From Octopus sinensis (taxonomy: Eukaryota), in NCBI RefSeq assembly GCF_006345805.1, contig NC_043012.1:30504001-30568000 (forward strand): DNA of 64,000 nucleotides, given 5' to 3'. Under the pieces are notes generated by a model, which was given only the letters and a program-made list of their open reading frames with translations, made no database searches and was not told the origin of the DNA. Below, piece after piece: positions 56,248 to 64,000 of the stretch. Each line of letters begins with the position of its first letter. The stretch's first letter is position 1. Both the position numbers and the translations under genes were made by a program.

Positions 56248-56603
56248 ATCTATATATATATATATGTATATATATATATGTATATATATAAATATGTATA
56301 TATATAGACCTACCATAAAAGGCTAATATTGGTAAAATGAGACATACTTATCTACATGGCCGAAACAGCTGTAAGATGTAATCTATACTTATATTTATAT
56401 TTACTTATATTTATATTCTCTTTTATATGTATTCTACTTATTATACAACATTACTCTTTTATGTACACTTATTTATGTACACTGATTTGTTCTGCTTTTA
56501 CATGTTTAACCCTACACCTATGTGGTGGTTTAATAAAGTATGTGATTGAGTATTATCTGGTAATTGATATTTGATTTAGATGTATTTCTCCATTTTCTTA
56601 TCT

Positions 56604-56644
<41 letters not shown>

Positions 56645-56815
56645 ATATATATATATATATTATATATATATATATATATTATATATATATATAATATATA
56701 TATATATATTATATATATATATATAGATATATATATATATATATAAATATGTATATGTAAAAGGAAAGAAGAGAGTGAGATAGTGATTAAGAGAGATAGG
56801 AAGAAAGAGACTCAC

Positions 56816-56827
56816 CAGGTCGAGGAG
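56816..56827 (-). CDS. Candidate 12-nt micro-exon (array unit 3), phase 1: (A)PRP
   Basis: ctatatctttttcag|CTCCTCGACCTG|gtgagt. Confidence 0.65.
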
Positions 56828-58794
56828 CTGAAAAAGATATAGCGAAGAAGATATGAAATATGTATGACATTTTCAAGTGAACTTTGAACTGGAATATGCT
56901 ACATTTCTTAGAATTATATTTATATAGAGGCGAGTATACATTCCGAGTTTACGTATTTCATACCAAGAGAATGAGATACGTTTTCTGATGCTATAAAGCT
57001 TTCACATACGACAGTTTGTGTGTTGGCTTTCACCAGCGAACAAGAGTTAATAAGGATCAGATGGAACGTCCAGTAATCGCTCCAAAGTGGTTTATATGAT
57101 CAATATAACTGATCGTCGATGAATTATATCATCCTCAAATCTTTCACACTCTCATTGTGGTGTTATAACGATGATCAAGGTCATGATCTTCGAATATAAG
57201 AAATCAGTATGTATTATTAATATTATTTCCTAAAGGATAACAATATCGTAATTTAACTTTTGGCTCAGAGATTAATTATACTGTAATACATTACGGATGA
57301 GAATAATAATAATAATAATAAGCATTATTATTATGAATATCATTATAATTGTTTTGGGTTTTGGCACAAGGTCAGCCATATTAAGGACAGGGGTTAGTTA
57401 CATCGGCCCAGTACACAACTGGTACTTTATTTTATGGACGCCGAAAGGATGAAAGGCAGAGTAGATCTCGGCAGAATTTGAGCGCAGAACGTAAAGAACC
57501 AGATGAAATGCTATCAAGCACTTTGTACGACGCACTAAGGATTCTGCCTGTCCATCGCCTTAATAATAACGGCAATAATAATAGTAATAATAATAATAAC
57601 AGCAATTTGATAATAATAATAGTAATTGTTGCTATTTTTATTATTAATATTTTAAACATATTTTAACATGGGAAATCGAATTATATAAATACATTGCATT
57701 ATATCTTTAGTAATCGGGCGATTCGCTTTTAGCGATGCATCTTAATGCAAAAATACGAAGCGTTAAAGTAGCAGGAAGGTTTGCAATATAGAACAGAGAG
57801 AGAAATAACGAACCTTAATAATTGGTGAATGAAAAGGAAGTAAATAGGAACGATGCAAGAAGGAAAAGTAAATGAATAGAAGCAAAGAAGCGAGATAAAG
57901 ATGTGTTGTTGGGAAATACTTTGTAGTAAGAGATATCGGCAATGTGAGACATTGTCGTTGAATGAAGAACAGACTGAGTTATAATAATGATAACTGCAAC
58001 AGCTGACACTATAGCATGATCGGCTTTCTTTATTCAGAATGCACTGTAACTGACGCAACGAAACACGTTTCCTGCTGCTCTATAACAATATCACATATGT
58101 CGTCAGTTTCTTTTCTGGTTTAAGTTCTTACGAGCAAGACTTAGCTGGAGCAACGCGTTCTGATGAAATTACATCAAATTGGTTAGCGATTACATTTAAA
58201 TATATTATAGAAGATAATAATAATGATATAGTAATTATTATAGTAAAATTATTATCAGCATTGTTATTATTATTATTAATGGTAATAATAATAATAATAA
58301 TAATAATGATAATAATAATAATAGATAATAATATTTTAGAGGTAATGAAAACATTTATTAAAAATCTAAATATTGGAGGTATGTCTACAGTAAACGGGTA
58401 ATATGTCTTCGAAGAATGCATACCAATGCAAAGAATAGTGATGCGAAAAGCAGTAATGAAGAATGCAGAAAGAAACAGAAACGAAATGTAAAGAAATGTA
58501 AAGAATGGTAAACGAATACGAATGAAAAGAAATAGGAACAATGCAAGAATGAAGAGAAATAGGAACAATGCAAGAATGAAAAGTAAATGAATGAAAGCAA
58601 AGAAGCGAGATAGAGATGTACCTAGACAAGCATTTCGTAATGATAAATATCGGCAATGCGAAACATAGTTGTAGTAGTAGTTGTAACAAGGGCTTAGCAA
58701 CTAAATCAGCCCTGAACAGGTTGGTTTATTGTAAAAGACATTCCGGTCATGACCACTTCATGTGATTTCTATGTATGTATATATATATATATAT

Positions 58795-58868
<74 letters not shown>

Positions 58869-59393
58869 GGGGGGGGTAGTTATCCGATATGTTCTGTATG
58901 ATTGAGTGACAGAGAAAAGCTTGGCTTGTATTTCAAGCAGGAAGAATGGTCCTCTTCTTGATGTGTTGGCTGTTGCATCAAAATAACCAGATAGGATAAC
59001 GCCTAATAAATTCTGTTGAGAATTGGAATCCTCTGATTAACATAAGGTGTGATAATTTACCTCGTAATTATCCACAAATTCTTGTAATCATGATCATCAT
59101 CATGATTAAAATAAAATACACTAAATATTTGGGTTATTTTAAGGGACCTATTTCCTTCGCAAAAAATGTATTTTTATGCAAAAGTAAAGAATGCAGAAGC
59201 CATACTGTTTTGGAAAGATGAAAGAGAATTTGAAAGAGCGAGTTGTAAATGAGAAAATGGAAAAGAATGAATATTGCAATGTGAGAATGAAAGTATATGA
59301 GAGAGAAGCAATGCATTTATGCGTGTGTATATATATATATTTATATATACACGTATGTATGTATATATATTTATGTATAGTCTTTAGACTCAC

Positions 59394-59411
59394 CAGGTCG
59401 ACAGTTAGGTG
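59394..59411 (-). CDS. Candidate 18-nt micro-exon (array unit 2), phase 1: (A)PNCRP
   Basis: ctatatttcttgcag|CACCTAACTGTCGACCTG|gtgagt. Confidence 0.65.
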
Positions 59412-59800
59412 CTGCAAGAAATATAGGGAAGAAGAAGATATGAAATATGTATGACGTTTTCAGATTAACATTTGTATACGGATACACTTTCTCACTGTCC
59501 GCTTACACCCACCCACCCACACACGCACACATACACAGAGACATGCACGCGCGCGCGGAAGCACGCACGCACAAAGAGATGAACAGTTGCACAAGGTGCC
59601 GCACTGAGTTGAAGCTGGAACCAAATCGCTGCGAAGCTGTCCTCTTAGCGGGATGTTCGTCAGCCCTGCGTTATATAATAGATTAAATATAAGTTGTAAA
59701 TATGTACTTTACATGCGACGCAACGCAGAACAAATCCTGCACCCAAACAGTGTTGATACCGCTGCTCTCATTATATACACACGCATATATATATATATAT

Positions 59801-59832
<32 letters not shown>

Positions 59833-59919
59833 ATATATATATACAAAAAAAAAAAAAGAAGTTCGAAGACGAAGTAAAAAAGAATGTATTAAGATTAATA
59901 TTGAAAATAGAAGGTAAAC

Positions 59920-59957
59920 GCCTTTACATTTCGAGCATAGGCTCATCTACAGAAAGA
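59920..59957 (-). ncRNA. Minimal hammerhead-like motif (PLE-type), degenerate
   Basis: cuuu-CUGUAGA-u-GAGC-cuau-GCUC-GAAAU-GUA|aagg. Confidence 0.4.
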
Positions 59958-60087
59958 AGAGACGAAGAAAGGGAAAAGGTGAAGACAGAAAAGAACAAAC
60001 GGGCGTCAAATCGCCTCAGAAGGATTATTAATGCATTGCTGTAATTGAGTATACAAAATACGTGAGTCCTAAGAGACATTATATTTC

Positions 60088-60144
<57 letters not shown>

Positions 60145-60155
60145 TGTGTGTGTGA

Positions 60156-60203
<48 letters not shown>

Positions 60204-60559
60204 CAGAGAGAGAGAGAGAGAGAGAGAGAGGAGCGGAGAGAGTGCGTGAGAGGAAAGTTTGTTTTCATTATGAACACTGAAAGAGAAACAATGGACTCTG
60301 GGACATTATATATGCATATATAAATGAGTAATGTCTGCTTTTCACCGTACATCTTCGAATCCGGCGGTAAATTGTGAATGGCCATCTCCACACAAACTAA
60401 AAACAATAGAAGCGAGTTTTCATGTCAAAATATTGAAACGAGGCTTTTCTATGGATTTAATAGGATAAGATGGCTACAAAGATTGGAGTTAGTTTCAGTT
60501 GAAATAAATGGCGTTCTATATAGATTAATAATTATCATCAGATAAGGAATACTAAAAGG

Positions 60560-61016
60560 AATGTACATATATATATTAATTATATATATATGTATATTAT
60601 ATATGCATTATATATATATATTATATGTATGTATTATATGTATCATATATATATTATGTATGCATGTACATTATATATATATATATCATATATATGTTAT
60701 ATATATATCATATATATATTATATATATTATATCATATATTATATATATCATATATATATTATATATATCATATATATATCATATATATATATTATATAT
60801 ATCATATATATATATCATATATATATATATATCATATATATATGTATATTATATATTATATATGTATGTTTGTATATTATATATATTATATATATATGTA
60901 TGTTATATATATATATTATTATATATGTATATATATATATGTATATTATATTTATATATATATTATATACATATATATATATATATTATATATATTACAT
61001 TAATTATACATATATT

Positions 61017-61051
<35 letters not shown>

Positions 61052-61200
61052 AATTTGGACATAGTCACGTATGAAACGTATAAAAACCCTGTATAAACGT
61101 GCGTATGTATGTATGTGTGTATATATATATTTATATATATATATATGAATATATATATATATATATATGAATATATATGCGCGTATATTTGCATATATGG
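60560..61200. repeat. Degenerate (TA)n microsatellite field
   Basis: Direct reading. Comparable TA/CA/GA/TATC/TACA tracts occur every 0.5-1 kb and generate most ORFs in the track. Confidence 0.95.
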
Positions 61201-61998
61201 ATATATATCTTTGTGTATGTGTATATATGGCTAGATGTATGTATATATTTTTAATATGTATATATGTATTCGTTGATGGAGTAAAAAATATCAGCATGCA
61301 TGGTGGAAAGAAACACATGGAGATAAACTTGGAATATCATCTAATTCTTAGAGCTGCATTTTGAAAGATCTTTGAAGGGAAAATCACACACACACCTAAT
61401 CAACATACGAACAAAAAAACTATCAATTCCCTTGCTAGGATATTCATACTAACAAGATTGAATCTGGTAAACATTTATCGTCTAGCAACGATATCAGTAT
61501 CCGGAGATTTATGATATCGGCAAAAAATTAGTGTAAAGATATGTCTAGACAATTATATGGCATTGATAAATATCGGTTATATCGAATGTTGCTATTGGAA
61601 CTGTTGTCGATTAGTTTCCAGGTGAACCCTGAACAGGTAAGTCCAAAACTAAAGAGGTGCCAGTCAAAATCAACTTGTTTTCTTTTTGTAAGATGATCGT
61701 ATTATTCAGAGACTTTTATGCCTTGAAGGCTGCATAGAGTGTTATGAAGTGCTGTGGAGATTTTCTCGCTGCATTGACTGGAAACTCTATGTAATGGGTG
61801 GGAAAAATGCGATGCAGGTTATCAGTCGACGAGACACTCGAGACACTCAACACGAAGAACTTCGCCGCTAGAATGAAACCCCAAAACATTGAAGGGAAGG
61901 TCCGTTCTAATGGACGTTTTCAGGGCCCGTCTGTCTGTCTATATCTATGTATGAATGTTCATATATTTGCATACACATATATACGTGCGAGTATGTAA

Positions 61999-62057
<59 letters not shown>

Positions 62058-62549
62058 GTTTACATATATATATAAATATATATGTATATATGTGTGCATG
62101 TATGTATATAAGTATATACATACATACCTACGTGTACACACATACGCACACACACACACACGTTTGTGTGTGGTGTGTGTATAGTCATACTAGTTTGAAT
62201 CTGTTTCTTCTGAGATACGTTTCTGCATTTATATAAAGATTCCATATAGCACGTTAGGTCGTTCTCAGCTATTGCAAGTAAAAACCCAGCTGGGGCATCG
62301 CATTCTGTTGAAACTTGCCCCATTCATTACTACCATATACTTTCTATGAAGGATAAAAGGATTTCATTGATAGTTTATGTCAAGATTCTGTATTAATTAT
62401 CGCTATCTTCATCCATCATCATCAACATCATCATAACATGCCAGAAATCAACATTTATTGTTAATAATATTTCTGAAAGAAAACTGCTATTCCGTTACAC
62501 AACCTAAACTATTTCGGGTTAGAAATTATATTGAAATATATTAAGGAAG

Positions 62550-62631
<82 letters not shown>

Positions 62632-62877
62632 CATAGTTAAAATTTAAAAAATGTTTTAAAAAATATCAAGAAATACTGGAGTTATGACTATTCTAAACGG
62701 GCCATTTCCTTTGAACAATGCAATCGAATGCAAAAAAGAAGGAGCGAAAAAGCAATACGGAGATTTGCAATCCGAAAGAGAAGTAGAAGGAACGATCCAT
62801 AAAAAATTGGTAAACGAAGAATAAATGAATGAAAATTCTGGAAGCAATGCATGTATATATAGATATATTTGACTTAC

Positions 62878-62889
62878 CAGGCCGAGACT
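62878..62889 (-). CDS. Candidate 12-nt micro-exon (array unit 1), phase 1: (E)SRP
   Basis: tatatctcttgcag|AGTCTCGGCCTG|gtaagt. Flanks are homologous to the other array units. Confidence 0.65.
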
Positions 62890-63115
62890 CTGCAAGAGAT
62901 ATAGCGAAGAAAATATGAAACATGTACGATGTTGTTCAAGAATGCTGTGAATGGAAACTGGCTTTCTTTCCATTCCGATTCATATGTTTTTTGCCTAGAA
63001 AAAAATCATGCCATATACTTTTGGAAAATCGTCTCAAACGATGAATTCTGGACGCATTTCAGCAGTTAAACATACTAAATGCATAAGGTGAATCCTATCT
63101 GAGAGACAGCATTTT

Positions 63116-63251
<136 letters not shown>

Positions 63252-63430
63252 TTCTTTGGAAAATAATTTGCAAGTAGTTCCTGGATTTTAGTGAATTCCT
63301 ACACCTGTCAACTGTCGGAAAAAAGAAGATTGTTTCTTTTTAAAATGCAAACGGTTTTGCTAGTTGACGGGTATAGACAAGTATATAACTTATGTACAGG
63401 AACCGCTGTCATGCCACAATGGGCCATTCG

Positions 63431-63473
<43 letters not shown>

Positions 63474-64000
63474 CATACATAATTATTCTTTTGTTATACC
63501 AAAACGTAAACTTTAAAAAGTTTGCAATTCCTTTAAAGAAACCTGCCACAAAGCTAAGACTTATCTCACGATTGCACACCGAAAACCAGACAAAAACTAC
63601 GGAAGCCTATCCTTTCGACCTAGTAAAGATATTTTCAACAACTCTATCCTACTGAGTGTAACCTTTTCTTTTGACCAGAGTTTTACTACAACAGCCTATC
63701 CTAGCCCTGTCACCGAGATGTTTAAAACCTGTCATAGATTGAGACGCTGGCATTGTAAAGTTTAAAACATTTGAATTTTATTTTTTTAAACGGCTTAATC
63801 AAAGAAGATATGGCAGCGCATATGACATTCTATTCAAGAGTTGCTAGGAATATAAGCAAGTTCTTATGAGCTGAAGACTAGGTCTGAGTTCTTGCAACAG
63901 TGTGGACTCCGTTAAACGCAGCTGATGGTTAAATGTTTGGGTTAAACCGTCTGACGTAATACATCTGTTACAGATGTAACTAATTTATTATTTGTTGTAA

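Noticed and set aside
61620-61634. Plus-strand 15-nt segment with tttccag / CAG|gtaagt
   Set aside because: The ccctgaacagg core also occurs at about 58711 in what looks like an interspersed repeat, and no plus-strand gene is evident.
51740-62930. Reading the array units as signal-peptide first exons (e.g. MFHIFFAISLAESRPG)
   Set aside because: The hydrophobic stretch is the polypyrimidine tract. ATG and frame are not conserved between units, whereas the internal CAG acceptor and 3n length are.

Overview
Eukaryotic, AT-rich, microsatellite-saturated animal DNA. The SINE repertoire suggests an octopus genome (inference, from recalled repeat families). There is one 100-N scaffold gap (10427-10526). 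The only clearly recognisable host gene is the 3' end of a filamin-family gene on the minus strand: a hinge-2/repeat-24 exon (40189-40380) and a terminal exon (38792-38979). Upstream of it (51.7-62.9 kb) is a tandemly duplicated array of paralogous 12-18 nt candidate micro-exons. Five have canonical AG/GT sites, one is decayed, and all intact ones preserve frame in phase 1, the phase of the filamin hinge-2 acceptor. This is the most interesting signal in the window. A second notable locus (4.3-6.8 kb) holds inverted and tandem copies of a ~350-nt unit carrying a type I hammerhead ribozyme. One copy is interrupted in its catalytic core by an ORF1-only Tx1-like LINE. The rest is decayed LINEs (R4/Dong-like, Tx1, CR1, RTE), Penelope remnants with minimal hammerhead motifs, a long-TIR mariner derivative, a non-autonomous Helitron, many tRNA-derived SINEs and simple repeats. 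Most ORFs in the supplied track are microsatellite translations.
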